Assembly: GCF_947568905.1 (NCBI RefSeq)
Contig: NC_079167.1
Span: forward strand, 90,830,001-90,894,000
Length of the DNA stretch: 64,000 nt
Direction of reading: 5' to 3'
Source: Ostrea edulis
Lineage: Eukaryota
Below, in pieces: positions 25,681 through 38,349 of the stretch. Each line of letters begins with the position of its first letter. Within the stretch, counting starts at the first letter, position 1. A model generated the notes under the pieces. That model was not told the origin of the DNA and made no database searches. It worked only from the letters and a program-made list of their open reading frames with translations. The translations under genes were made by a program, and so were the position numbers.

Positions 25681-28297
25681 TGACATTTGTGGTCTGGAGT
25701 CAGTAAAGTTAAGATATCATGGAAGATTGAGTAAACAAAAAATGTTTTAGAAACACATTGACTGTGATCTCAAAATAATTAGGGGTAATTTACAACTTAG
25801 TAGATAACAGTATACTAAGTTTGATGTCTGTCAAGCTAAGGGTTGTCAAGATATTGAGTGGACAATATATTATTTTGTAGTTAGACCTTTGACATGAAGT
25901 TATATAGGGATCATCTACTCTTTGGAAGCTATTAATAAGCTAGGTTTGATGTTTGTCAAGACCGATAGATTGACAGAACAAGAGGTGGAAACTGGAAACC
26001 CAATATGCCCCTGCTTTTTTCAACTGAGGGGGGGGGGGGGGGCAATTATTGTTAAAGAGGAAAAACACACCAGAGAAATTTGATATTGATGAAAATGGAG
26101 GATATGTGCAGTAATATTTTGAAATTGAAAACTTTCAAATTTACTTTATTTAGGGGGTAAAATGCAGTTTTAGTAGAAAGTAATCTGTTTCAGTAGAAAG
26201 TAATCTGAAGTGTTTTTATAACACTTGCTGGACTTGAACCTTTGATCTACAGATCATCAGTCAACACCGATTGAGCTACCCAACTAGGCGATTAGATGTA
26301 AAAGGAAGATGTAAATACATGTATATATATTTATATTTTCATTAATACTTTAAAAGGAATTTGAAGTCAGCCATTATGACAATGTAGTATACATGTAATG
26401 CCATAAGGCCTTATATGGTCTCTATTTTAAGTAGGCAGAATGGAAAAAAACTGGAGATCATTATTTAGGAAACCATATCTTGTTAATCTCAAGATGCTGA
26501 GAATTTATCTCGCTGAGTCGATCCTCTTTGTCATTCTTTATGTTATCCTGCAAGGTTTCAGTGTAGAGTCTTTTTTTGAATTTGTAAAGATGTGTTTATG
26601 AAACACTGATGCCCCGGATTACAACAAAGTCGAACTGTAAGACATGGTATCTTATTTGAAAATTTCCAAAAACTAGGTCAAGGTCAATAAATCTGGTATC
26701 GTTTGAAAAATCCTCTCAAAAAATACACATGGGTAATATTAAAAAAGTACCTCTTGCTATTTGAAATATAGCTTAGATTATAATTCGAATTTTCTAAAGG
26801 TAGGGCAAACGTCAAAGATTTTATGTGTCAATGGAAAGGTCTTGCAACAAGGAATACCAAATATGAAAGCTATTTTACAATTTTATTTTAAAATTCTGCA
26901 CCATTTATTGATTAAGCTAAGTTAACCGTTTGTATAAGAATTTACAAAGCATTTTACAGGAATCTTGAAAGCTCTACCTCTTATGGTGTAAAAGGTTTTA
27001 AAAATTTACCACTGACGGGCAGGCCAAAAACTATACATGTACTTCGATTCAAGGGGCATAAAAATATTTTTAAACAATTGGTATTGCGAAAACGTGCAAC
27101 ATAATTAGAATCCTTAATGTACATGTAACTAAGATACCCCTTCCAACCCCCCAACCCCCCAAAAAATCGTGGGAAATATTAAATATTTTGATTAGAATTA
27201 TAAGAATTTGTTTAAAACAATGTTTCCCACGACTTTTTTTATTTAGAAGGGGTATCTTATTCTGCACCATTTATTAATTAGCTAACTTAACTGTTTGTAT
27301 AAGAATTTACAAAGCGGTCGGCATTGTACATGTACAGTGTTTATATATACCCCCTTTCGCGGCAAAACGTCTCAACACACATGATACATTGTATGTGTAC
27401 TTACAACAGGGAATGTGGTATGTTCTGTATAAAACAACGATAATTCATGATCTTATTAAGTCAACAAGGAAATATCTTGCGTTTGATTACTTTTTTTAAA
27501 AACTAACTTAGTTACCGCAGCACTCCAATCCTAAATAGGCGAGGAATTCTGGTAGTTTATTCTTGTATCTTGTTATTTAGATTGAATGAGATGACCTTTT
27601 AATTCCATTCAAACATAAATTCTCTGTTAGCCTTTTAGCTATTTCAGATATTATGAAATAAATCTGTTAATTCCTCTTACTAGGGTGTTGAACCTCACAT
27701 CAGTTTTCATTGGTTCTGTTTCAACGTTTCCCCCACTGTATCTCTTCGTGTTCAACCCTAATCCGCAGGATATTGGTGCATGTACGAACTTTCACTTTAC
27801 ATAAAATTCCAAATGAGGCAAACCTTTCATTCACACATGGACTCGTTCACTTCAAAATTTTATGTGATACATGAAAGTATATCATATAGCACTATTTAGT
27901 CGAAGTTAAGTTCAATTATATGCATGTATTAGAAATATCTAGTTCCACTAATTAAATTCAAGTTGGGAGGGGGTGGGGTTGAAAAGCTCTTATTCCTTGT
28001 ATAGGCCCATATTTCGTTAATTATCGCAATATTTCGGCGAACTTTGAAAACATGCGATGTGTCCTTTTAATAAGATGGCAGCCAGAACAAAAATCAGAAA
28101 GGGGTTAAATTATAATTCAATTTTTTTTTCAGTATATTTATTTTTATTTAGATCTATCTATAAATTTTTTTTTTGGTGAAACAACATAGTACTGCCACAA
28201 TCGGGGGAGGGGTTCAGAAAATGACAAAACCGGAAAAAGGGGTGGTACACTGTACCCACAGGCGCTTGTGACTGAATATTTTTCATAATAAGTTATT

Positions 28298-28455
28298 TAA
28301 GGAATGACTTTAATTCTGGGGAAAGTTATACGAGTATAACCTGGTTTGGGTCAGTTTACGCTGTATAATCTGCGAAGCGGATTATAAAAAAGCGTAAACT
28401 GACCCAAACCAGGTTATACTCGTATAACTTGCCCCAGAATTAAAGTCATTCCTTA
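28298..28455. mobile_element. 158-bp palindromic (foldback) MITE
   Basis: Arms taaggaatgactttaattctggg...tcagtttacgct are nearly perfectly inverted around a central GCGAAGC. A half copy lies at ~2565-2641. Confidence 0.85.
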
Positions 28456-28945
28456 TAATTTAATGCAAGAGACAAAGATGCTAACCTTCGTTTATCAAAA
28501 TGTACATAAACTCGGAAAAATACAAGTCAACCAAGCCGCGCAATGATTTACTTAGCAACAGCGACACGAAGCGTCATTTATCAAAATATTGTATCGAAAG
28601 TGAAGTTTATCATGATAGAAAATATGTGTAGACTATCCATGTAATGCGTATTTCGCTGCCCTTTAGAGATAGAGATCGACTTTGAAGTCGCTCATCTCCG
28701 ACAGATTGAGAAAATACGGGAAATTGCATTGTTTAGGCCTACCCAAAATAAATCTTCAAATATCAGAAAATGCAATATGAATATGATTTATTTCCAAATT
28801 AGGGCCCTCTCGGGCATACAGCATACATGATTGTTAACATTTCAATATGCAATGACGATAAAAAGAAAAACAAAACAAGAGTAAAATCTGCACTATTAGT
28901 ATGAGCAATGTTCATACATGAGACGTTTGAACATGATAATACTTA

Positions 28946-30034
28946 GGCCAAAAAAAAAAAATATGTGTGTTTACGGTACCCCGACCGACCCTAATTTTAG
29001 GCCCCGACCCTAAACATTTTTATTTGAAAATCGGAGAGAAAAAAATAAAAATCCGGAATTTCCGCTCCGTCCGCATTCGGTTTTGTCTATTATCATTTTA
29101 AACCAAAACAAACATGGCGGCTGCCGAGACAAGTTGTCATCGTTCCAGTGTACTGTCTCTTTCATTCAATACATGTTTACATCGCCAAGAAAAGAAAAGT
29201 GTAATTGCACCATTCAGGGACAGTACCACATTCATTGACATATTTGATCAATATCACGATTACAATTTAAAGAATAACGAATTCACTGTGAAAGCAAAGG
29301 GTCAAACCGTAATCGCCCCTGCACTCACGGTAGGCGAAGTTGTTAATCTTTTTAATATTAGGGAATTCACATTCACATGTGAGGGCCAAACCAGCCCGGT
29401 TGAGGAGCTCATTGTCTGCGTTCAAAGTGCTGCTGTTTTTGATCTGTTCACATTGTATCTGTTCTACTAGCTTGTTTGAATCGGTTCCATTGCACAGATG
29501 ATTTTCTCTGAACTCAGCTTTAACAGAAAGATTTGTTAGTACCTATTTTTTTTTTATTGTGAATTCAATAGTGTTTGGTACTAAGTTGTTGTTTTATACC
29601 CTTAAAAATAGACTTATAAATGATAAAAAATAGTGATATTGACAACATATTCTTTTTTCATTGAAATGGAAAAAAAACATATCTTTCAATACACATGCTT
29701 CTTCTAAATCTGGACATATACATGTAGTTGCGCACTAGAAATTAAAATGGAAACAATTCAACAAGGAATTTAATGCATTGGTACATCTATAGGGTGATAC
29801 AAGAAACATCTGATGTGGTATAAAACTAACTAAACATTGGGGAGTTATAGTAAGTATTGTCTCTGTATGCATCTACAGTAGGAATGTGATAAGCTAAACA
29901 TTAAATACATGAAATAAATAGATATAGGCCTACTGTATGGAAAAAAAATTAAAAAAAAAAAAAAAAAAATCGACCTACCGACCCTAATTTTTTTCAGCAG
30001 GGTACAGTAAACACACATATTTTTTTTTTTGGCC
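28946..30034. mobile_element. 1089-bp non-autonomous DNA transposon with TTA TSD (PIF/Harbinger- or Zator-like)
   Basis: TIR ggccaaaaaaaaaaaatatgtgtgtttac(g/t)gtaccc, TTA at 28943-45 and 30035-37, and an empty-site paralogue near 50470-50510. Confidence 0.88.
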
Positions 30035-30530
30035 TTATTTGCATTATATGTAAGTACCACCGTGTATCCTAATGCAAAACAGTCAGAAATACACAAAGGG
30101 AGAAAAATAAATATATATATAGATGTCTATATATATACATGTACATAACAGCTCTACATGTAATAATAGTAAAGGTAGTATAAGTACATATGATTAACTC
30201 CACTGTAATGCAAAAGATACCACGGGACGGTGCATTGGTACTAGATCAACATGTCATGTTTATAATGAGTGCATATGTGCAATATGGTTTCATATGGTTC
30301 ACACATAATATACAGTAATACTAGTAGTATGAGCTTAGACAATGTACATATCACGAGACATTACTTGATGTAATATATGTAAGTACCACCGTGTATCCTA
30401 ATGCAAAACAGTCAGAAATACACATAGGGGAAAAAAAATACATATACATATATAGATGTCTATATATATACATGTACATAACAACTCTACATGTAATAAT
30501 GGTAAAGGTAGTAAAGTACATTATGATTAA

Positions 30531-31077
30531 AGTAATTCCACCCACCTGTGATGTCATCAGATTTTGCAAAATCAATTATTTATTTAGATTTATGCATGAT
30601 AGGAACATAAATTTTGTTGTTGTATTTTCCAATACTTATTGTAAAAAATCTTGTTAGAAATAAACTATTTCAAAAGTCTAAGTTATAGAGGAATAATCAA
30701 TGATACATGTCAAAATATTGAATCCAAGGGCAATAACTCTGTTTCTATTGATTTCTTTATCAAGTTTATTATGTGATAGATTTCCTTTATGTTTTACAGA
30801 CATTTTGTATATTTTTGTGAAGATATAGTTTCATGAAATTGTTATGAATGTTACTATATCGTCATAACCAGTTTTTATGAAAATTTGATAACGTTGTTTA
30901 AGGAAAACAGCAATTTTCTGACAGTGATATATGATTCTGTTTATGTACGTCTCTCATCTTAAAAAGTGTGATGACCTATGTATTTTATTCGATAATTTGT
31001 TAGTTTTAACTCTAATGAATGGAAATAAATACACTTTTCAAACTTGTATCAGATAAAACTGCGAGTATGGAGTCACC
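30531..31077. mobile_element. 547-bp insertion with TTAA TSD (Kolobok-like MITE)
   Basis: TTAA at 30527-30 and 31078-81, short imperfect TIR agtaattcca / ggtgactcca. The uninterrupted site gattaactccactg is in the preceding tandem unit (~30193). Confidence 0.75.
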
Positions 31078-32525
31078 TTAACTCCACTGTAATGCAAAAG
31101 ATACCACGGGACGGTGCATTGGTACTAGATCAACATGTCATGTTTATAATGAGTGCATATGTGCAATATGGTTTCATATGGTTCACACATAATATACAGT
31201 AATACTAGTAGTATGAGCTTAGACAATGTACATATCACGAGACATTACTTGATGTAATATATGTAAGTACCACCGTGTATCCTAATGCAAAACAGTCAGA
31301 AATACACACAGGAAGAAAATAATAACAATATATGCAATGACACATAATAATAGTAATAGGCACGTAGTACAAGCACATATGATTGAATGGAATGCAAAAG
31401 ATACCACGGGACGATGCATTGGTACTAAGTCAACATGTCATGTTTACAAGGAGTGCATAATTATGTATAAACATATTGGTTTGAACTTTCACATGTTTCA
31501 TTTTATATTGCTTCTTTAATCAAATCGCAAAGGGCTACAAGTACATCAGTATTTTTACAATTGAGTAACCATATTAATCTATTCATGTTGTCAAGACTGG
31601 AAAAATGTTCACATTGTTGTTTTATAATTTTATACATGTTCTGTCTGAGTGAGTTATAAGTTAAACATTCAAAAATTAGATGAATTTCATCACCAATTTT
31701 ACAAGAAGAACACTTTGTGCAAAATCTTAAATGTCTAGGGATTCCTGAATAACGACCTCGTTCTACTGGTAAATTGTGCGCTGATGTACGTAATCTTGCA
31801 AGTGTTTTACGTTGTGCAGGTGGTAAGAGTGTTAAGTAGTTTTCAAAAACAAAATTAGTTTTAAATTTAACATAAGTTTCAAGTTTTCCATATTGTAAAC
31901 TTCTGATATGTCCCCATTCTTTCAAATAATGATTGCATAACAATTTACGGCTTTCAACTAGATGTGAAAACTTCTACTAAATGAAAACTTACCCTTGTAT
32001 GCAATGTTATCGCTAATAGTAAATCCGACACAAGAAAATATGTAAGCAAGTAACAAATAGCATCCACATGTCAATGTGTCTGACGTCATGTGATAAAATG
32101 TGACGTATGAATTTTTGCTTGCTTTGTTGAAAGACGGATCAAGGAATGAAACAACGCACCCCCCCCCCCCTTCTTTTCCCCAGTGAGAAATGTATTTCAA
32201 AATGAACAGGGTAATGCTTACTTGGCAAATCATTAATTCGAATATAATATATTTGTTTTAATCTATCAATAGTATTATTCGACCATACATACAGAGAAAG
32301 ATGTTTAACAAAAGTGATAAGCAACTGACCGTGTACGTCTACGCGTACGTGTACAAACAGAAGTATGTTTACAAGTACACGCATCCAACGTAATGTTACG
32401 TTTAACAAACAGTACGTGTACGCGTACGTGTAAAACCATTAATTACAAATAAATTGATTGGATACAAATGTGCAAATAAACGAATCAAAAGAGGGTTTAC
32501 TGCGTTAAGATCAAAGAAAAAAAAA

Positions 32526-33566
32526 ATGGCGCAAAATATGATGTTGCTTGCAGCTCTGACAGACGATGATGATGTTTTACTTTTGTCTTGCATGAGCAAT
32601 GAAAAAGAGGCATCGATTTATCACCGATTAAACCTGGATGAATTGAACGACGAACAATTTCGCCTGTTATTCCGGTTTCAAAAAGATGATTTGCTAGGAT
32701 TACGAATAGCACTGCATATTCCAAACAAAATTGTATGTAAAAACAGGACTGTATGTTCAGGAATAGAAGGTTTGTGTATTCTCATACGAAGATTGGCATA
32801 CCCAAATAGATTAGAGGATCTTTCCCATGTATTTGGAAGATCAACTGCTGAATTGTCATATATTTTCAACTCAGTCCTTGATTGCATAGATACAATACAT
32901 GGACATCTCCTCGAAAACCTAAATCAGCCTTGGTTGTCTCATGCACAACTGGATGAAATGGCAGCAGTCGTGAATAGATGTGGAGCGCCTCTGTCCAATT
33001 GCTGGGGGTTCATTGACGGAACTGTCAGACCGATATGCAGACCTCAGTCTCATCAGCAGGTGGTGTTTAATGGTCACAAAAGAGTACACGGTTTAAAATG
33101 TCAGTGCATAACGACACCTGATGGTATGATTGCGCATCTATTTGGCCCGGTTGAAGGCCGTCGTCATGATGCCGGTATGTTAAAGGAAAGCAACGTTGGA
33201 TACCAAATGTATCAACATATGACAAAACCAAACGATGATGTATACTCTGTCTACGGCGACCCTGCGTACCCGTTATCGCCTTACATAATTCCCCCATTTC
33301 GAGGAGGTGTAATTACTGCAAATCAACTGCGATTTAACAAAAGGATGTCCGCAGTGAGAGTCAGCGTGGAATGGACTTTTGGCAAAATCTTAACTCTCTT
33401 TTCGTTTTTAGATTACAAGAAAAATCAAAAGCTCTATCTACAACCTGTTGGAAAGTACTATAGGGTAGTTTCAATCCTTACTAATTGTCACACTATTTTG
33501 TACGGGAGCGAAACTGGCACTTTCTTTGATATGTCTCCCCCATCACTACAGGAATATTTGGCCTAA
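32526..33566 (+). CDS. Harbinger DDE transposase (DDE_Tnp_4/HARBI1-like), 346 aa, intact
   Basis: Likely start MAQNMMLL (aaaaATGG). Catalytic motifs CWGFIDGT, YGDPAYP and RVSVEWTFG. Single exon with no stops. Confidence 0.95.
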   Translation: MAQNMMLLAALTDDDDVLLLSCMSNEKEASIYHRLNLDELNDEQFRLLFRFQKDDLLGLRIALHIPNKIVCKNRTVCSGIEGLCILIRRLAYPNRLEDLSHVFGRSTAELSYIFNSVLDCIDTIHGHLLENLNQPWLSHAQLDEMAAVVNRCGAPLSNCWGFIDGTVRPICRPQSHQQVVFNGHKRVHGLKCQCITTPDGMIAHLFGPVEGRRHDAGMLKESNVGYQMYQHMTKPNDDVYSVYGDPAYPLSPYIIPPFRGGVITANQLRFNKRMSAVRVSVEWTFGKILTLFSFLDYKKNQKLYLQPVGKYYRVVSILTNCHTILYGSETGTFFDMSPPSLQEYLA

Positions 33567-33703
33567 ATGTGTTCAAATGTATAGAATGTGTGTTGTAACG
33601 TGGACACATATATGAACAAGACTGACTTTAATGGTTTAGTTTATTCAGATAAATTAAACAAATATCTGGAATAAAATTTTACACTTCTGAACAGTTTTTA
33701 TGA

Positions 33704-34384
33704 TTAGTTATCTTTCGTTAATTTTTTAAGTAAATCAATGAAAGCAAGTTTCTCTTGCTTTTCTATTTCCATTCTCTGCATCCGTTCCTCTCGCTCCATT
33801 TCAAACTTTGCCTTCTCCAACTTTAATTCTTCTTTTCTTACTTCCATTTCTGATTTTCTCATAGATATCTCATTTTCTGATTTTTCTTTTAAATAGTCCA
33901 CAAGATACGTCTGCGAATTCTTCTTCTTGAGTACTGGCAAATCGCATTCGTCGTCTGAAAAAACAAACAAAAAATATATATGGCTGTATAATGAAAGAAT
34001 TTGTTTACACGACAAATCAATGCATTTCCCCCCAAACAAATCACATGAGCCTTGTAATACAATGACACAATAATATTTTCATACTTTTCTTTGGTGTAAG
34101 GCATTCAAGTGCCCTTTTCCTGATTTCTTTCCCTAAATTTTCTGATCTGTCCTTCTTTTCTTTTTCTTCTTTCTTCTCTCTCTCCTCTTCATTTTTCAAT
34201 TCTATGACATCGTCCAGCAGGTTTGTTTTTTTCCGAAACATCTTCATCGACACCAGATCTTAAAAAAATAAATATACAGGAACGTAAGTGTATTGAAAAT
34301 GTATGGGAACATATTAGTGTACGGTATTATGAAATATTTTAGGCATGGGGAAAATAAGACAAGAATATTAAAAGATAAGCGGTG

Positions 34385-34424
<40 letters not shown>

Positions 34425-34649
34425 CCTTTTAAGATGTTCCCTAGTTTCTCGTTTATGTTGTTCAATGAGGAGATTTGTACGTTCTCTCACTCGTCTACTG
34501 TCCAGAATAAAAGTCGATGTTGATAGAGTTTCAGCTATTTCAGCCCATTTGTTTTTGTTTCTCAGGGGATTACTCCCGACAACTTCCCTTAAAAGCCGTA
34601 GATCATCCTCAGGTTTAAATCGGATCTGTTTTTTCCTGTCGGTATTCAT
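33704..34649 (-). CDS. Harbinger Myb/SANT-like partner protein, 3 exons, with a +1 frameshift in an A7 run
   Basis: Exons 34649-34426 (RFKPEDDLRLLREVVGSNP..KWAEIAETL..RRVRERTNLL), 34258-34085 and 33954-33704 (coiled coil). Removing one A at ~34226-34232 gives RSGVDEDVSEKTNLLDDVIEL. Confidence 0.8.
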
Positions 34650-36179
34650 TTCTGTCTAAAGTATAATGATACATATATAATTATATATTTGAATGATAAA
34701 CAATACAATTATTATAGCTTGCCGGGGGGCGACCCCCCCCCCCCCCCCCGGTGACTTTTAAACAACATGGAATAAATTTTATTTAAATATATCAATTTGC
34801 ATTTTGATTTAACTGTCACATATATCAATTCATCCATCAATATAGACTTAGCAAGCTTTCTTTTTTCCCTAAATAATATGATCTGTGATGTAGACACCGG
34901 TCTACAAGGGTAATTTTACAATAATTTTTCATCAAATATTTCTATGACAATGATCAGTTCAGGTTAACATTTGTGCGTAATAAATCCTCTAGATTGTTAC
35001 AAAATTCATATTTTGCACAAAATCGTTGTATAATGAGCTTAAAATGTTACAAGTTCTTACCCCCGTGTACTCTAAGCTCTACGCGTTGTGTACAACTTGT
35101 AGAATGACGTTGTGTGCGAAAATGATGACGTAATACGCAATAAAAGAGGGGATTCCCCTAGTCACAAGTACACGTAGACGTACACGGTCAGTTGCTTAAC
35201 AACGAGAAAACAACATGTGTATCAAACCGAAGTATCTTATTGTGCACGTTGACTTTCTATTCCATAGAAGTTTAGAGAGAGAGAAAAAAATAGTTCCGAC
35301 ATCTGGTTGTCAAGGGGGTGTGTCCCCATACCAAACCAGCTGACATAACCTGTGTTCCTAAATTGGAATTTGACCAATCAGAGACAAGGATACAATAAGA
35401 ATTAAATTATACATGTATAATGGTTATGCATATGCATTAGTATGGAGTATATGAAACTATGGATCCTGGGGATGACTCCCCGCTCTCTCTGTAACATCTG
35501 CTTCCTATGTTCATAATAAGCTTTTTGGATTTACAAAATACTGGTATCCTCATAATATTAGTGCATACAATACTTTCTGTTTTCTGTATTTTAGCAACAT
35601 CTGTTAAAATGGGGCTCCTGGGGCCCTTAAGACCCAGAACCTGCTCCGTGGCATTCTGAATACACCCTGTAAATCCTTGCCCATTTGTACAAGAGTTTAC
35701 ACTATTAAGGTAGTGTGCTACAGCGTCATAAAAATGGCTGACTTCCTCTCGAAACACCATTTTGTTCCGGTTGGCCAAAATTGTTTACATGTGTATCGCA
35801 CTTGGAATGCAGACGATTGGTTTATACTGAATGACAAATGTTCTTCTGTCATTTATGAATTTGTTTTATAACATATATTGATTTTTATGATTATAAAATT
35901 GAATCATCAGTCATTGACTTTATTGTTGCATTAGCAAAACTCGAAGTGCAAGCGAGATGTGTATCACTTTTCCCATAATCAGTTAATGGGTATGAAGCCG
36001 GATTATCTTAGAATAATGACCGCGGCCTTCCTTTGATCTTTGCAATAACCGTGTTACAATTTGTTACAGACTACAGCCAGCCTGCACAGTGAATGAATCC
36101 TTAGTGGTCCTCATTTTTCACAATATTAATAAAATTCCAGAGACATGAATTTGTAAATTATACAATTCAATTACACGGG

Positions 36180-37420
36180 ACGAGACCGTATTATGTTATG
36201 ATGCTGTCTGTGCGTCTGTCCGTCCGAGGTCATGTTTTGCCGATCGACTTTTTTCCGTATCGGATGCATGTATGACTCTGTGTCACAATTTCAACCTCAA
36301 TAAGCGTAAGAGTGGGATTGCATTTCAGTTGGATTGGTCCGTCCTTGACCTACTTTAGGACTATAAGTAGGTCAAATAGTTTTCCAGACTTTTTTCATTA
36401 TAGACACAGATATTGCCCCGAAATTTAATCACAGGCTTCTTCTTGGAGAAATACAAGTTCTGTTTGTATTTCAGCTGGATTGATCCGTCCTTGACATATT
36501 TTCTGGCTAAAAATAGGTTAAACATTTCCGAGCTTTTTTTTTATTATACAGATATTGCGCAGAAATTTAGTCACAGGCTTCCTCTTGGAGGAATACAAGT
36601 TCAGTTTGCATTTCAGCTGATTGGTCTATCCATGATCTACCTTTGGGCTAAAAATAGGTCAAACAGTTTTTCCAGGCTTTTTTCATTACGGATACAGATA
36701 TTGCCCTGATATTTAGTCAAAGGCTTACTCTCGGAGGAATACAAGTTCAGCTGGATTGGTCTGTCCTTGACCTACTTTTGGGCTAAATATAAGTCAAACA
36801 GTTTTCCGAGCTTTATTTCATTACGAATACAGATATTACCCTGAAAATTAGTCACAAGCTTCCTCCCAGAGGAATACAAGTTCAGTTTGCATTTCAGCTG
36901 GATTGGTGTGTCCTTGACCTACATTCAGGTTAAAAGTAAGTCAAACAGTTTTTCAACTTCCTTTCATTATGGATACAGATATTGCCCTGATATTTAGTCA
37001 CAAGCTTCCTCTTGGAGGAATACAAATGTAGTTAGTATTTCAGCTGGATTGGTACACTATGACCTACTTTAGGGGTACAAGTAGGTCAAACAGTTTTCCA
37101 GATTTTTTTGAGGTATGGTCAGTGGTCACGGGTACTGCTCTGAAATTTTGTCAAACCTCCCTCTCAGAGAAATACATAATCAGTTCACTTTTCAACTTGC
37201 ATTGGCATTTTGTCACAACCTCCCTCTCAGAGAAATACATAATCAGTTCACTTTTCAACTTGCATTGGCATTTTGTCACAACCTCCCTCTCAGAGAAATA
37301 CATAATCAGTTCACTTTTCAACTTACATTGACATTTTGTCACAACCTCTCTCTTAGAATAGAGATATACATAATCAGTTCACATGTCTGATGGATTGATG
37401 CACCATGACCTACTCTAAAG
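36180..37420. mobile_element. Helentron-like element with ~5 degenerate ~150-160-bp repeats plus a 63-bp x3 minisatellite
   Basis: Opens with gtctgtgcgtctgtccgtcc, then repeated cagctggattgg..ccttgacctacttt units. The 63-bp unit spans 37154-37380. Confidence 0.6.
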
Positions 37421-38106
37421 CTTTTCTATTCAGAATATGTGTGATATGAATTCAGAGTGCATAATTTGCTTCCAGGTTGATTTAACTGTTCGACAGGCAA
37501 GTTTTGTACCATTTGCGGTACTCTTGTTTAATTATCATAAAGATATGAATTTTCAATTGATTGTTGATAAAACATTTTGTGGATTTGATTTCTTATTCTT
37601 CTGCTTTACCATGGTTTGCACATGCACAATATTGTCATGGTCACAAATTCTTTGACAGACTTAGATGAGTTAAAAAAAAACCAATATGCTCTGATAAAAA
37701 AAATCACTACTGCTTCTTTTTGTTTAAAAGCAATAAAATTACAAAAAGAAATAATGGAAATGATTTATTTTGTTAAGAAAAATATTAAAAAACAAAACAA
37801 AGCCCATCAACATTGAAATTAAAGTAAGGTGTAAATATCATGTACACTGATAATATAAAAATAATATAGTCAATCAGCCTTCTGAAACATAATTGTACCA
37901 CCACAGGTCTAGAAATTTTTTATTTACATACATGAATCTTAATTTAAATGATACAATACATATATGCATGTGTTACTTGCAAATTATACGAACACATTTA
38001 AATCAAAATTTGTCTTCAAGTAACTCACTTTAAGATTGAAATTACATAGCACATTTTCCCTGACACATTCTTCAATCATTTCTCTGCTTTGTTCACTGTG
38101 TTAGTA

Positions 38107-38349
38107 TTAGTCTGCCTTTTTAGACTTTTGTTGTCTCTTGATTTTGTTGATGTTGGCCTCGCGTTTTGCTTTCTTCTTTTGATCCTTTTCTTTTGCCTCA
38201 ATTTGTTTGGCTAAATTCCAGGCAAGTATAGCACTGATCAGGAACAAAGGTGATAAACACAAAAGCACATAGTACACAAAATTCCAAGGATCTGTCGCTG
38301 CCCATTTTATCATGCTTGTAAGCATCTCGCGCCAATCCCAGTCAAACAT
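38107..38349 (-). CDS. SMIM15: Small integral membrane protein 15-like, 80 aa
   Basis: [53 protein letters not shown] parallels the recalled SMIM15 pattern [39 protein letters not shown]. Confidence 0.9.
   Translation of the reverse strand: MFDWDWREMLTSMIKWAATDPWNFVYYVLLCLSPLFLISAILAWNLAKQIEAKEKDQKKKAKREANINKIKRQQKSKKAD

Larger units (their letters stand above)
28776..31943 (-). mobile_element. 5'-truncated LINE (RTE-X/Daphne-like C-terminus) with a long, internally repeated 3' region
   Basis: ORF 31503-31943 contains KLETYVKFKTNFVFENYL..LARLRTSAHNLPVERGRY..RFCTKC..GDEIHLIFEC. The tail at 28776-28945 matches 50278-50535, which ends in (ATTCT)n. Confidence 0.75.
32320..35196. mobile_element. 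Complete two-gene PIF/Harbinger transposon (~2.9 kb)
   Basis: A 26-bp perfect inverted match taagcaactgaccgtgtacgtctacg at 32318 and ending at 35198 encloses convergent transposase and Myb/SANT-like genes. The TSD reads as TA, or as TAA with one A lost on the left. Confidence 0.92.

Noticed and set aside
32454-33566. Domesticated host HARBI1 gene, and the 370-aa start at 32454
   Set aside because: TIRs and a partner gene make it a transposon. The upstream start is a TTG in AT-rich sequence, and the ATG at 32526 is preferred.
34222-34236. Programmed -1 frameshift at A_AAA_AAC in the Harbinger partner gene
   Set aside because: The heptamer is canonical, but a -1 shift reaches TAG within 8 codons. 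The conserved frame needs +1, so a homopolymer indel is the simpler explanation.
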